DNA from: Lama glama
Taxonomy: Eukaryota
Direction of reading: 5' to 3'
DNA length: 64,000 bases
NCBI GenBank assembly: GCA_028534125.1
Contig: CM052817.1
Location: 23,996,001-24,060,000 of the forward strand
A model generated the notes under the pieces. The model worked only from the letters and a program-made list of their open reading frames with translations. It had not been told where the DNA came from and did no database searches. Position numbers and translations under genes: made by a program. Each line of letters starts with the position of its first letter. Positions within the stretch are counted from its first letter, which is position 1. This document shows, piece by piece, positions 1 to 14,197 of this stretch.

Positions 1-1050
1 TTTGTACTTGGTGTTCTGCATTTTTCTATAATGTATCTAGATGTGAATTTTAAAAACTTTTTGTGAATATAATACATTGTGCTTTCTAATTGGAATTTTG
101 TGCTTTCACATTTATGAAAAATTAATATATGTTTTCTAATCAAATATTGCCTCACCTCCACTTTATGCACTCTATTCTTCTGGGTTTCCCGCGAGTTGTA
201 TGTTAGACCATGCCCTTCTAAATTCCATATTTCTTTTTTTCTTTTAAATTTTCCATCTTCTTGTGTCTATATGTAAATGCTATATCCTGTGCACTGTTTT
301 CACATTTCAGTTCAAGTGCCACAAATATTATATACTTTAAAATACACTTTTAATTTATGGTTGAGTTATTGTTTTCAGCAATTATATTTTTTATATCTTA
401 AGATTCTTTGTAGCTCATATCCAGATATCCCTCATCATTCTTGATAGTCTCTTGCTGACTGCTTATTTTTAGACTATTCTTTATCTAATGAAACTTTTCA
501 TACATAGTTGTTTTCATTTGGTAGCTACTCATTCTAATAAGTGTAGTTTTTGAGGGTGTTGCCTGTTGCTTCTGCCGACTGTGATCCATGGTATTTACCT
601 CTTTACTTGTTTGGGGACTTTTGTTTGTGATCACGTATAGATGAGATTCCTGCAGGCATAAAAGGAGCTGCTTTGTTCCAGATGGCATTTATTTCTGTCT
701 TTGCTGAGAACCAGGTGGTACTTCCCTGGGACTACTTCAGCCTCCTTGAGAGTCTCAGTCAAGATCTCAAGTTCACCTTTTATGATGAGGATCTCAAGGA
801 TCACAGTTCTTTGTTCTGCTCACTTGATTATCACTTACAGTTTTATTCTCCTGTATCTAAGTTATTGGAAAAGAATTTGTCCTCATAGTAATCCCATTAT
901 TCCTGGCTGTTTGTTCCCTGACATTCAACCCTGGCTGCACTCATGTTTTGGAGGGGAATTTGAGACATTCCTTTAACATTCCTCCTGCTAAGTTCAAGCC
1001 CCACCCCCAAATGCATTAAAAAGTATATTTATCAGGATCTAGTTGTTTAA
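1..1050 (-). mobile_element. Old, degenerate L1-family (L1M/HAL1-like) fragment
   Basis: T-rich + strand with antisense L1 ORF1-region character; no intact ORF. Confidence 0.5.
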
Positions 1051-1160
1051 TATTAGGGAGGGAGAGGCCTAGATTACTTACTCTCAATTTGTTATTTATA
1101 ATCTTGTGTTTTGTGAATGCAATCTATAATATTTAAAAGATTCCACCTAAAAGGTCATTT

Positions 1161-1210
1161 TACTTACCTACTTACTTACTTACTTACTTATTTAATTTGT
1201 TTGTTTGTTT
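1161..1210. repeat. (TACT)n/(TTTG)n microsatellite, probably derived from an L1 poly(A) tail
   Basis: tacttacctacttacttacttacttactta...ttgtttgtttgttt, directly abutting an antisense L1 3' end. Confidence 0.75.
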
Positions 1211-1453
1211 TATTGAGGTATAATTGACAAATAACATTGAAAAATATTTGAAGCATAGATCACAGTGATTTTACATATGGATACATTGTGAAAATTCCTT
1301 CCATCTACCCATCTACCTAATTAACACATCCATCACCTCACATACTGATCTTTTGAAAACATTTTGGTGGGAACATTTAAATTCTACTCTCTTAGCAAAT
1401 TTCAACTATACAACACAGTGTTATCAACTATAATCACCATGTTTTACATTAAG
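1208..1453 (-). mobile_element. L1MA-type 3' UTR fragment
   Basis: tattgaggtataattgaca...ttaacacatccatcacctcacata...aaattctactctcttagcaaatttcaa: typical antisense L1MA 3' UTR. Confidence 0.8.
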
Positions 1454-1744
1454 AAATAGTAGCTTTATAAGAAGTAAAGCCACACATGCAATACTTTTCT
1501 TTGTACTGATCAGCCAGCACTATACTGTCAACATAGGTTAACCTCATTCAATAGAGTGAAATGGGTTTAGCAAAATTTTGAAGCAAATGCTTACTGAGAA
1601 AATATGATTTTCCACATTTATTAAATATGGAAATAGGATACTGGAAATATTTTTAGTTCATTATATACCTTTGTATGCAAAAGCATGTAATGTTACCTGT
1701 GGATTTGAAAGCCAAGCAAGGATGAATTTAATTTTCCAAATCAA

Positions 1745-3388
1745 AAAGAAACTGTCACCTAGAATAGCCAACACAATATTGAAGGAAAAGGACAATACTG
1801 GAGGACCGACACTACCTGACTTCATGACCTGCTGTAAAGCTATGGTAATCAAGACAGTGTGGTACTGACAAAAGAAGAGACACACAGATCAATGGAACAG
1901 AACAGAGAGCCCAGAAGTAGATCTACAACTGATCTTTCACAAAGGAGAAAAGGCAATATAATGGAGCAAAAATAGTCTCTTCAACAAATGGGGCTGGAAC
2001 AAGTGAATATCCATATGTGAAAAAATGAATGTAGATACAAATCTTACACCCTTCACGAAAACTAACTCAGAATATAGACATAAATGTAAAACACGAAACT
2101 ATAAAACTCCTAGAAGATAACATAGGTGAAGGCCTAGATGATCTTGGGTATGGTGATGAATTTTTAGATACAGTACCAAAGGCATGGCCCTTGAAAGAAA
2201 TAATTGGTATGCTGGACTTCATAAAATTAAAAACTTCTACTCTGGGAAAGATAATGTCAATAGAACGAGAAGATGAACTACAAACTGGGAGAAAATATTT
2301 GCAAAAGACACATCTGATAAAGGACTGTTATCCAAAATATACAAAGAACTCCTAAAACCTGATTCAAAAATGGGCCAAAAATCTTAATATACATTTTACC
2401 AAAGAAGAGATGCAATTGACAAATAAGCATTTGAAAAGATGATCCATACCATATGTCATCAGTGAGATGCAAATGAAAACAACAAGTAGATACCACTACA
2501 TACCTAGAAGAATGGCCAAAATCCTGAACGCTAACAACCTCAATTGCTGGTGAGGATGGGGAGCAGAAGGAATTCTCATTTGTTGCTAGTGGGAACGCAA
2601 AATGGTATACTCTGGAAGACAGTTTGTTTGTTTCTTAAAAAACTAAATATAATCTTACCATATGATCCAGCAATAGCACTCCTTGGTATTTCCCCCAAGG
2701 GAGTTAAAAATGTATATGCACACAAAAACCTGCACACAGATGTTAAAGCAGCTTTGTTCATAATTGTGAAAACTTGGAAGCAAGCAAGCTGTCCTTCAGC
2801 ATATGAATGAATGAATAAATAACATCCATATAATAAAATGTGTTTCAGCACCAAAAAGGAATGAGCTAACAAGCCACAGGAAGACATGGAGGAATCTTCA
2901 ATGCATTTTGCTAAGTGAAGGAAGCCAATCTGAAAAGGCTACATACTTTATGATACAGACTGTGTGACATTCTAGAAAAGGCAAAACTATGAAGATAGTA
3001 AAAAAAATCAGTGGTTATCAGAGTTTGGTGTTGGAGAGGGATGAACAAAAAGAACACAGACTTTCTGGGGTAGTGAGTATTTTCATGACTCTAAAAATTC
3101 TCTGTACTATGCGATAATGATAGATACATGTTATTATATATTTGTCAAACCCACAGTATGTACAACACGAAGAGTGAACTCTACTGAAACTATGGACTTT
3201 GGGTGATTATGATGTATCAGTATAAGTTCATCAACTGTAGCAGATGTACCACTCTAATGGGGGATGTTGATCATGGGGGAGGCTATGTATGTATGGGGCA
3301 GAAGATACATGGGAAATCTCCGTATCTTCCTCGTAATTTTTCTGTGAACTTAAAACTGCACTAAAAATATAGTCTAAAAAACAAACAA
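1745..3388 (+). mobile_element. 5'-truncated L1 (L1MC1-like): ORF2 3' end plus 3' UTR
   Basis: ORF2-like peptides (GGPTLPDF...KAMVIKTVWY; LPYDPAIALLGI), an L1MC-type 3' UTR and an A-rich end at ~3376-3388. Confidence 0.9.
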
Positions 3389-4041
3389 AGCTTTCCTTGA
3401 AAAGTTTCCTATTATGTCTGTTTCTACTTACAGAGACAAAATATTGAGGTACCTTGGAACAGACCATTTTTATCTTAGGAAAAACCTTCTGCATGTCTTT
3501 CCATTGTGGCATTAAAGGCATCAGGACACTGTTAGATGTGAAAAAGGCAGCCTGGAGTAGATACCTGTTGGTTTGTCTATCTTGCCACTTTATTTTTGGG
3601 TAATTATACTGGAAATTATCTTCTCTATCCATGTGGCTCTAATGGGAGCTTTCATGTTCTTCAATGTCCCTATGATAACTGAATATTTAACCCAAAATGG
3701 GCCAAGCATATTCCCTTACTGCCTGGAATTTTGGACATGGAGAGAGTTTTGTACTCAAGAAATAGCAAAATCAATTATTCCTAAATAAACAAATTGATCT
3801 AATAAAGGTTGATTATGTTTTATGGAACTATTAGTACATAAAAATGTCATCTTTTGTGTTGTATGATCACATGCTATCCACTACCAGGCAACACTAGTTG
3901 TCAAAGTTTGCTAATAGCATCCATAAAAGGAAGAGGTTAGTTGCAGAGCTGCTAAGAACAGCTGAGATAAATAAGGATGCCACTAAATTATTTAATTTCA
4001 GTATGAGTTGTATCTCTTATCATATTAAAGTCTAAATTTGA

Positions 4042-4170
4042 GGTGAAAGATGTGCTCTCTAACCTTACTGCAGTAATAATTTTGCAATATATACAAGTAT
4101 CGAATCATCACATTGTACACATTAAGCTTGCACAATGTTACATGTCAGCTGCATTTCAACTGGAAAAAAA
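4042..4170 (+). mobile_element. Short L1 3' tail with 16-bp target site duplication
   Basis: L1MA/MB-like tail ending ctggaaaaaaa. TSD taaagtctaaatttga (4026-4041) / taaagtccaaatttga (4171-4186). Confidence 0.85.
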
Positions 4171-4189
4171 TAAAGTCCAAATTTGATCT

Positions 4190-5010
4190 TTATATCATTA
4201 AGGACTTTTTTGACTTTAAGTGACAGAAATGCAAACCCAAAGTGCTCAAGGAAAAATGAATTCTTTGGTCCATGTAAATTAAAAATCTGGAGATGTATTT
4301 ATCTTAATAGTTTTCTTGAACTAGAAATAGCCCAGTCTCTCGTCTTCTCTATCTGCCTTCCTCTGTAGCAATTCCATTCTCCAACATGCTTATTCCTCAT
4401 GCTGGCAATATGGCTACATCATCAAAACCACAAGTTCAGTAGAAAAGAAGAATCCTTTTTTCCCTGTGAGTATACGTAAAAGCCTGGGTCTTATTCTTAA
4501 GCCAAATCTGTCACAAACCCGTCACTGAACAGATCACTGAGACTAAAAGGAAATACTGGGGTAGACCAGCCTAGTTTACGGTATGATAACAAAAACCTGT
4601 TTCACCAAAGACAGGCTGCTACCTGGTCATCCTCACCCCTAGACTGAAGCTGAAGGGCTCCCACTGTTTGGTTGCTATCATGGTGGTAGAAGAAAGAGCT
4701 TTGGATAGACCCGCACTAGCAATTAAGTGCTTAACCTGAAAATGACAAAATGACTTTGTTCACTATTCATTAACCAGAACTAGTCACATGGACTCAACCA
4801 CAGGGAACAAGGAAGTACAACCCTATCGTGCTCAGAATGAGGGGAAATTGGATTTTTTTTGGCAAAATGAATGCCAAACGCACTATTTGGCTCAGATTAT
4901 ATGCCCCCCTACACCTGGGAGTAGGGTCAGCCCCATTACAATTGAGAACACGTAGGTCTTCATGGAAAACTTAGGTGATGAGCAGAAAAAATGTGAGAGT
5001 TGTTAACAGA
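4190..5010. mobile_element. Degenerate MaLR (MLT1-type) LTR fragments
   Basis: MLT1-like motifs, e.g. aagtgacagaaatgcaaacccaaagtg, ttcattaaccagaactagtcacatgg, tggctcagattatatgccccc. Confidence 0.55.
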
Positions 5011-5429
5011 AAAAAAATTACATATAATTAAGTCAATTTCTAGTAAATGACCAAAGTTCTGGATTCAGTATGAATGTAACTTCCTGTGTTAATAAATTAT
5101 TAACTTACAAGGGTTAAAAAATTTACCATATTTGTGGTTATAAACCAAAAGCCAAAAACTGTTCTGTTTTCCCCTGTCCTCCTGATTTTAATCTGGTTGA
5201 TCGACCTAGTCTAAAGTTTTTGGAGTAGACATTTAAAATCTAGCTCATTTCCTAATCTTTGGTTCACAGGACAGCTCAACCCGTGAAACTAAAGTAGTTT
5301 TAAATCCGTAACGAATTCTATTCACAAATAAAGATGTGGGATTCACACTTGCATCTTCATTCTGAGTATCTCGCTAGAATGGTTCTGTCCTCTTGTGGCT
5401 TGTAGCACCATTAGACCAGGTTTTGTTTA

Positions 5430-5890
5430 GGTTTTTCCAGCAAGATGTTCAGGATCAAGGATTTTTCTTCTTTTAGTTGTGAGAAACAGATATCCATTCA
5501 AGTGTATTTAAGAAAAGAAGAGTTTATTGTAAGGCTATAATAGGTAATCTCTGCTTTCTCCAGCTATAGGACTACACTGATTCTTTCATCTTGATTTTTC
5601 TCCTTTTCTCTCTTAGCATCTGCTCTGTTTCCCCTTTCTTAACAACCTCTCGGCTTATTCATTTTCATAGCCAGGACAACAAGTTACAATCTCTGGGCTT
5701 CTTTCTTAGTTTCTAAAGAAAGGAATCACATTGTCTGGGTTTTGGAAATTGGTCTCCTGCTAGTAAAATCAGCTCTGGTTGGGGAAAGTATCACATAGTA
5801 CATGCAACTGCCTCTTTCACAGCTTCTGGGTGGGCAGGTTAAGCAAGAGGGAGAACTGTATGAGAAACTAATTGACCATGTCTGCTGTAG
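5430..5890. mobile_element. Degenerate MaLR (MLT1-type) LTR
   Basis: ttttagttgtgagaaacagatatccattcaagtgtatttaagaaaagaagagtttattgtaagg and the later aggaatcacattgtctgg motif. Confidence 0.5.
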
Positions 5891-5899
5891 GAGTTAGGA

Positions 5900-6140
5900 T
5901 GAGGTTATCGATACCATTCATGCTTATTATAATTTTAAGTGCTTTACAAATATTAACACATTTAACCCTATGATATAGATAGTATCATTACTCTCATGAT
6001 ACAAATAAAAAGACTGAGATACAAGAAGATCAAATAACTTGCCCATGGTCATACATTTAGTTAGAGGCAAAGCAGAGCCACTCAGAATTTGAAAGTAGGC
6101 AGGACTGCTCCAGAGTCAATGATTGCTATACCACGAGTCT
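5900..6140 (-). mobile_element. MIR SINE
   Basis: Antisense MIR core (gactgagatacaagaagatcaaataacttgcccatggtcatac). Confidence 0.75.
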
Positions 6141-6189
6141 TGGCTACTGAGTTTATTAATGTTTGGAGTCCTTTAACTCTTTTGCCAGT

Positions 6190-6482
6190 AGTAAAATGCT
6201 TCTCATTCTCCCAAGCTCATCTCAGGTATTAGCATTTCCACTTTGCAAGCTTTCCCAAGCACCTTTCTTCTGCTGTTAAACCACCCTATACATTCCCATC
6301 ATTGCCACACAGATCTCCTTGGCCTGTAACTGTTTCATATTGTTAATACTGTGAGCTTCTGTAGAGCAAGAGCAATATATTTCTTATCTTTGTATTCCTG
6401 GTGCACAACATAATTACTGGCACATAGCATATACTTAATGAATTGTTATTGGATTTTTCACTTAATGAGAGAATGAATGCAT
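6190..6482 (+). mobile_element. L2 LINE 3' fragment
   Basis: ctgtgagcttctgtagagcaagagc...cacataattactggcacatagcatatacttaatgaatt...gaatgaatg: L2 3' end. Confidence 0.7.
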
Positions 6483-6491
6483 TAAATATAA

Positions 6492-6707
<216 letters not shown>

Positions 6708-7523
6708 TAATACTACAGTAAATAATGCCAGTTGATGAGATGATATCCTCATGGTTCATAATTGATGTTTACAGGAGCACAATCATAAGACGAGATTTTT
6801 TGTTCCTCAAATAGAATTATGCATAGTCCTTTAGGGCGTGCTTAAAATGCAAACTAGATCCGACATGAATATGCTATCTGTAATTTCATTCATGATAGTT
6901 TAATAAGTGCTTTTGGAAACCACTCTTAACTTAGATTTATTTTTACAGTTTTCTTCTAACTCCAAAATAGTTTTAAAATAGCACCTTCATTGCTGAAATT
7001 CCATGGAGATAGTAATTAACTGTTCATATTATGCTCATCTGCTAACTATGTATATAGAAACTGAATTTGTTACTTCAGTGTCCTCATTTTGCTTTCTCAT
7101 TTCCATGTTCTCTAGACAGCTCATTATGAGAGGAGTTTTAGACAATTTTAAGGTTCACAAGAAGTAGACACTCATAAAGAGAGGGCAGTCATATGTCCAA
7201 AGATAGCTTTTATCTCATAAAGGAAGAGCTCGCACCTACAGTTGTCTTGGGTCAGGGTCCCTAGAAAAAGAGATTAAGGTGAGAATGTGAGTGACTCATT
7301 GAGAGAAGGCTATCAGGTGACTCCTGTAAGGGAAGGAAAGAAGCAGGCAGGGCAAGGGAAGAAATGGGAAAAACTAGGGTTTGAGCTCAGCCTGATACCT
7401 CAGGGAAGCTCTGAAGTGTGAGTACCAAGGGGGCTGGCTTTACACGCCTTCATCAGTTTGTCTTTGTGAATGTGGGGCTGTTCTAGGGGAGGGGGCGCTT
7501 ACAGGCAGTTTTCTGGAGAATGA

Positions 7524-7997
<474 letters not shown>

Positions 7998-8154
7998 TAA
8001 GCAAATCTTCAAAGGATTAAGTGGAGCCTTTGGAAAAGTAGGAATAGAGAAGAGACCTATGTACTTCTTCTTTTCCAGTCTCTTTCTTCTCTTTTCAGGG
8101 TATGCGTGTTCCTTTGTGCACAGACATTCTTTTAGAAAGTTTCCTCCGTAGTCA

Positions 8155-8830
8155 GTGTATCTGAGTCCAAGCTAGGATCATCTCTTACACCAATGTAGCC
8201 ACCTCCTAAATATTCCTCAGCTTTCACTATTAGCCACATGAAATGTATTTCCATACATTAACAACAGCGGTCTAAAAATATAAATCATACTTTATTACTC
8301 CCCTGATTAAAACTCTACAATTGCTTCCCATTCTACTTAAAACAATATCCAAACTCTTTATGTTGTCCTGCAAAGAATCCAGTCTGGGGTCAGTGGACTC
8401 CCACGAGAAGTGCCGTTAGCGCTATATTCCAGTACACTTGTCCTATTTATCATTCCATTCATTCTATTTTATATATTTAAAAGACCACCCTGAGAAGGAA
8501 TCCAGAAGTTTCACCAAACTCCAAAAGCGTTCATGACACAAAAGCTGTTCAGAGCCCCAGATCTAGATGACACACCCCAGCTTCCCTCTTACATTTATCT
8601 TTATCTAGTGGTTTCTATTTCCATTATAAATCTTACCACAACCTGCAATTATTTTATTTACTTATCTGTTTACTTCTTTTCATTCCTATACTTAAGTTCC
8701 TCACTGGAATATAAATTCCATGGGGGCACGGACTGTGTCTTTCTTGCTGTACACCCCCGAGCCTGGAATGGAGCCCAGGACATCACTACGTCATCACTAC
8801 CATAAATAAATAAGTAGTGAATGAAGGAAG
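8155..8830 (+). mobile_element. L2 fragment interrupted by a hAT-Charlie-like MER (~8385-8560)
   Basis: L2 motifs on both sides (ctcccctgattaaaactctacaattgcttccc; ctggaatataaattccatgggggc) and an internal MER-like segment. Confidence 0.55.
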
Positions 8831-10119
8831 ATATGACAACGTTGAGGAAAACAAACAGGGTCAATGATGATGAGAGGTGGCAGGAGAGGTGGGAAAGGTG
8901 AGGGAATGGACGAGACAGAAGAGATAAAAAGAGAGAAAGAGAAAGAGAAAAGGAAGCCGAAGGAGAACACAAAGAAAGCAGCTGTGAGAGAGAAGAGAGA
9001 AAAAGATCCTTGGGGGAGTTGCCAGCACAGTAATTTCTTTTTCATTCCTCCACCCCCCAGCCCTTCTAACTCCTTTCCTCAAGGTGGAATAAAATCTAAC
9101 AGGTACACATGTAAGGATGAGGTGTGAAGGGAAATTCAGGAATGGGTTTTGTGGGGATTTCTGGTCCAGGGGTCTTGAGATAAACTTGATTGGTAATATT
9201 CTCTGTTTACTTATAAATTAGTATAGATTCCATTGATTTTTAAATAGTGCCCATTTTCTCTCTGATTCCAGAAATTACTCCAAGCTCCACTGGCTCTTTG
9301 CTCCCTCTTGCTTCAAAAAGCATGTGGCTTTGAAGCCGAGGCTGCCTTTTTTTCTAGTGTCTCAGAAATAAGTGAGAATCTAGGTGTCTCAGTTTGAAGT
9401 ATCTCTTCCACTTTCATGTGCAGAGTTGCAGTCCTCTGGGCCAGCTGATGGCCACAGTGTGAGTGACAGAATGTCAGGAAAAGGGGAAGGGAAAGGAGAG
9501 GAGGGTGGGGAGGAAGGGTGGAAGAGATCCCTTCCTACTTGGCTTCCGGAGCAGAAACCACCCTGAGACAATCCCTCTAAGAAAACAGTCAAAACCTGGA
9601 AGTGTTCCACCCAAACTAATGATGCAAATGATTTCCTGTAATACTTGGGACAGCAGCTGTGTTTACCTCTGGCTATTTGTCTGTGAGATTCACAGAGAGG
9701 ACCATGAGCCCTCATGGAAGGATGAAGTATCAGTTCTTTACTGAGGGTCTTGCTCCTGTTAGATGGAGAAAATCCAGTGAGGTTCCAGATAGAGCCTAGG
9801 TCTCTAGGAAAGGCAAAGCAGAAAGGATTCCAGCATCCTGCCTGACTCATTTTCCTTGAGTGAAGATGACTTCTCCATTCCTATATGGAGGAACTGCACA
9901 CGTGCAGACTACCCCCAGGCACTCTTATTTTAGCAGATGCTCCACTCCCTACCACAGGCAATAGGACACTCAGCCCTTGCCTATGAGAAGCTCAGTAAAC
10001 CTCTCTTGTTTAGGGCAGATCGTGTAAGGCAAGGGTAGAAGTGGGAAGACCAGTTAATGTGCCACTGCAGTGAACCAAGCAAGGGAAGATGGAAGCTTAG
10101 ATGTGAAAGTGTTGAAGAT

Positions 10120-10940
10120 CATGTCTGATACTTTCACCATCACTATCTTTGGCATAGACAGCTTGCCACAAGCATTTTTGCCATATAACTAACTGGCTGT
10201 AAGGCAATTTTGTTATAAAAGATACAATTAAAAAAATAAAAGGGAATTTAAAAGGACATAATATAACAGGAGAAATAAAATAACAAAATTTTAAAGATTG
10301 TATTGTGAAATAGAAAATATTTAAATACAATGAAAATGTGCATAGATTCATGGCAATGCTGCACAGATAACTGATTTTATTTTGTGGGCTGTACCTAAGA
10401 TCTTATCTTCCAAGTCTTTTGTTCATGATATTTTAGACATTTTTTTTAAAAACTTGTTGATTGGTCTCCTTGTTTAGCATCACACTTTTTCTTATTTGCT
10501 AACACTTATCCTTCATTAAAAGAGATATCAGTTCCCAGATACAAGGATGCCTATTTGTAACTGAGCTTTGTGTTGCATTGTGAAAACCTTAGACATTGTG
10601 TGCCCTTGGCATACTGTCACATGTCCATTGATAGATGTTCCAAAGTTCTGTGGGAAATGGAGGTTCAACTTTGAGCTTGTCAGGCCCTTAGTCTCAGCCT
10701 CTTTCTCCCCCAATTTAGTATGTTTCAAAATGAGAAACCAATTTTTGGAGTAAATCATTGTCATCTGTCATGATTTTTTTGTTGTTGTTGTATATATCAA
10801 ACCAAACTACTAGCCAGTTATTTTATCTTTTACAGTAAAATTGCCTTCTAGCCAGATATATGGTAAAATGTTTGTGGCAAAAATGCTTGTGGCAAAGATG
10901 TCTACAGCAAAGGTGCTTATGGTGAAAGTACTTAAAACTG
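10120..10940 (-). mobile_element. Non-autonomous Mutator-like (MULE/MuDR) DNA transposon with ~100-bp TIRs
   Basis: Imperfect inverted repeats at 10129-10224 and 10824-10930, built from ~15-bp subrepeats, enclosing a transposase remnant; inserted in L2-like sequence. Confidence 0.85.
10502..10771 (-). pseudogene. MULE transposase C-terminal remnant
   Basis: My translation from 10771: MTDDNDLLQKLVSHFETY*IGGERG*D*GPDKLKVEPPFPTELWNIYQWTCDSMPRAHNV*GFHNATQSSVTNRHPCIWELISLLMKD. This matches the Mutator motif FE.TYIG...P.FP..LWN.Y...PRTNN.VEG(W/F)HN...HP.IW..I..L. Confidence 0.8.
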
Positions 10941-12399
10941 GTGGAAATGTGTTAGAATATAGGAATATTCCGAGCCAGTGGTTCTCATAGGAGTCTTCTG
11001 GGTCTCCGGGTTGCTAGCCTGTCACCTCCTCATCTGACTTTTCTAAGCAAAAGCATACATTTCTGCATTTGTACTTCCTATGTCTTCAATGAAAAATAGT
11101 CTAATACTCATTAATGAGAAGAAAATATATTGCTATAAGAAATCTCTAGTACCTCACAAAATATAAATAAATTCTGTAGTTCTTTATATGACAAATATTT
11201 ATTGTATAGCTGTTAGCCTACTATCCTTACTAGGAATTATACACATAATATGTTGAGGAGAAAGAGGTTCTCAAAAGGTTAGCTAATGATTGACTTCGTA
11301 ATTTTAGTACGCAATAACAGCTTTTGGGTTGACTTCTCTAAATATGCCAGAATGGGAGAAAAAGAATAAAACACTACAATTTCTTTGTGCTATTTGTCCT
11401 TTTATCAGTTCTCTTTTTTTTCTGTGACAAAGGATCTCCAAAATATAGTGTTATCTCTTTTTAAAAAATCTGCATAATGCTGTTTATAACACAAAATCAT
11501 GCTATTTATTGTTAGTAAATCCTCAATAATTTCATCCTTATTTTATATGTAAGTATGACTCAGAGATTTGCATTACATATTTTTGTTTTTTAAAATCAAC
11601 TGGCAATAAGAGGTAGATACATTTTATGTCTAAACTGAACCTACGTTGCTATGCTTCTTCCTCAATCCTTATACACTGTATATAAATTATTCCTTATAAG
11701 TAATTATGTACAGGGAATTATGGCAGGGAGTATCTTTCAAGGGGTGGAAGGAGAAATTTACTAAATTTTATTCTATTGTGACCAAAGTAGCAACAGATTT
11801 CTTGATAGTACTTTAGAGATATGGAAGCAGAAATGTGCCAGATGTTAGTTACCCCAGTGATCTAGAAACTCTAATTTACTATTTACTATTCCAGTGACTC
11901 CAAATGATTTTTCTTTTCTTTGTTTTTTCCTTTTTACCAGAGTGAAACTTAAGAAGGCAAACCCTGGCTAGCCATAACTGTCCTAGGATGTCCTAGGAAT
12001 CTGTTTTGTTCAAGGAGCCAGATTGCCTGTAAAATAGAAATTTGTGCAAAGGAACATACTCCTGTACCTTCCCTAACCTGAGGTTATTCTAAGTCTAGAT
12101 TTAACTGTGCTTTAGAAATTCACAAAAATGACCTCTAGCAGTTACAACAAGGAGAAAGGTATTGGTGTCATCTACATCTCTTACTCTTGTTTCACTGGGC
12201 AAGATGGAAACCTTCCCATGAGAGAGAGAGAGAGAGAACTAAGGGGTTTTAATCTTTCAGACCTCTCAGAGCAGCAGGAAGCTGCAACTTAGGTATAGAA
12301 GTTTCATATTAACATTTCTTTAAAAATTTTAAATGGGTTGTTTTCTTGTCATACAAATTCAAAACAGTGGAAGAGTCCTGCTTCTTTCTTCTCATTTGC

Positions 12400-12660
12400 T
12401 ATCACTGCTGTTATTTGTTGTGCCCTTATTATGTGCCAGGCCATGTGCCAATCATTCTACCTATATTATCTCATTTCATTCCAAAACAATGCTAGAAGAT
12501 GAGTTTCATTTCTCTTGTTTTAAAGGTAAGGATATTAAGAAGTCAAGAAGTTCAGAGATGTAAAAGAAGTGGATAAATATGACAGGGGAGATTAATAGTA
12601 GAGGCTGAACTTGAGTCTAGATCTTTATGTTTCAGAAACATATCATAACTGCTAAACTGT
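12400..12660 (-). mobile_element. MIR SINE
   Basis: ttatgtgccaggccatgtgcc...tatattatctcatttcattcc...gaacttgagtctagatc. Confidence 0.65.
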
Positions 12661-12934
12661 AAAAGCTTACTTTTCAGTTTTGCAAAGGGTAATGTACTTT
12701 GCCTTAGGAAATATGGCAGTGTCTGTTGTACTTTGCAGTGACAGGATCAAATAATCCTGATTGTCATGGTAAAACCCCTGCGAGTGAAACATTATGTTCA
12801 CTAAAGTGCCATTATTTTCAGTGGACAGTAGAGAAGACTTTTACATATCCTTGTTTGGGAGGAATTCACCAGGTTTTAATAGAAATTTTAGTAACTATTT
12901 AATCTAGTAACTATTCCATTTGGAAGTTCTAGAA

Positions 12935-13128
12935 CAGCACTGTATTCCTGCGATGGTGAAAATGCTTTATATTTGTACTGTTCAATAAGGCAGCTACTAG
13001 ACAAATGTGGCTACTGAACACGTGAAACGTGACGAGTGCCTATGGAACTGAATTTTTCATTTTAATAAATTTTAACTTTAATTTAAAAAGCCAGGTGTTG
13101 CTAATGGCTACCATATAGGAGAGTGCTG
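12935..13128. mobile_element. MER3-like hAT-Charlie MITE with 8-bp TSD
   Basis: TIRs CAGCACT...AGTGCTG flanked by perfect TTCTAGAA duplications (12927-12934, 13129-13136). Confidence 0.88.
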
Positions 13129-13438
13129 TTCTAGAACGTCCATTGTGAGGTTGTGATAGTGGGAAACATTGTATGACTACTTAAAGGAAAGAAAAATATA
13201 ATTCTTAAGGAGTGAAAATAATTTTTTAAGTAGAGAAAGAGTGGGATATACCCAATGGTTTCTTGTTATAACAAAATTGAATAGAAAAAGAAACTCAAAA
13301 TTATTAGATCTAGAAGCAGCCAGAGAGCTCTTGGTTCAACCAGATGAATTGTTTCAGTATTCTGTAGTCTCAGCCTACTGCTGCCCTCTTAGGTTATGTT
13401 TTGACAAGAGGCAATTACACAAAAAGGACACATTTTGA

Positions 13439-13864
<426 letters not shown>

Positions 13865-14197
13865 TAAAAGAAAAAATAGGAATAACATTGATAAGGAAGG
13901 AGTGGGTAGCTACAATTTTAAAGTGATAGATCACCTAATCAGAATTTCTACTTTCTTCCATATCAACTTTCTAATAGGAACAATTCAAGTTGGTCTGGTC
14001 CTGACAGTATATTGTTAATGACTAAAAAATGTTATTAATTTTCTGTAACTGTATCTGAGCAACTAGAAAAGTCATTTATAAAAAACATTGGATACATTTC
14101 AGAACACAACATTTTAAGAAAAAATCATGTGGTGACTAGGAAAATGACATCAAAATATTTTGAATGAGACAAATCCTGCATATTTAAGAGTTAATTA

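Noticed and set aside
10824..10930. CRISPR-like or satellite array from the 15-bp repeats
   Set aside because: No unique spacers, a mammalian context, and the units are TIR subrepeats of a transposon.
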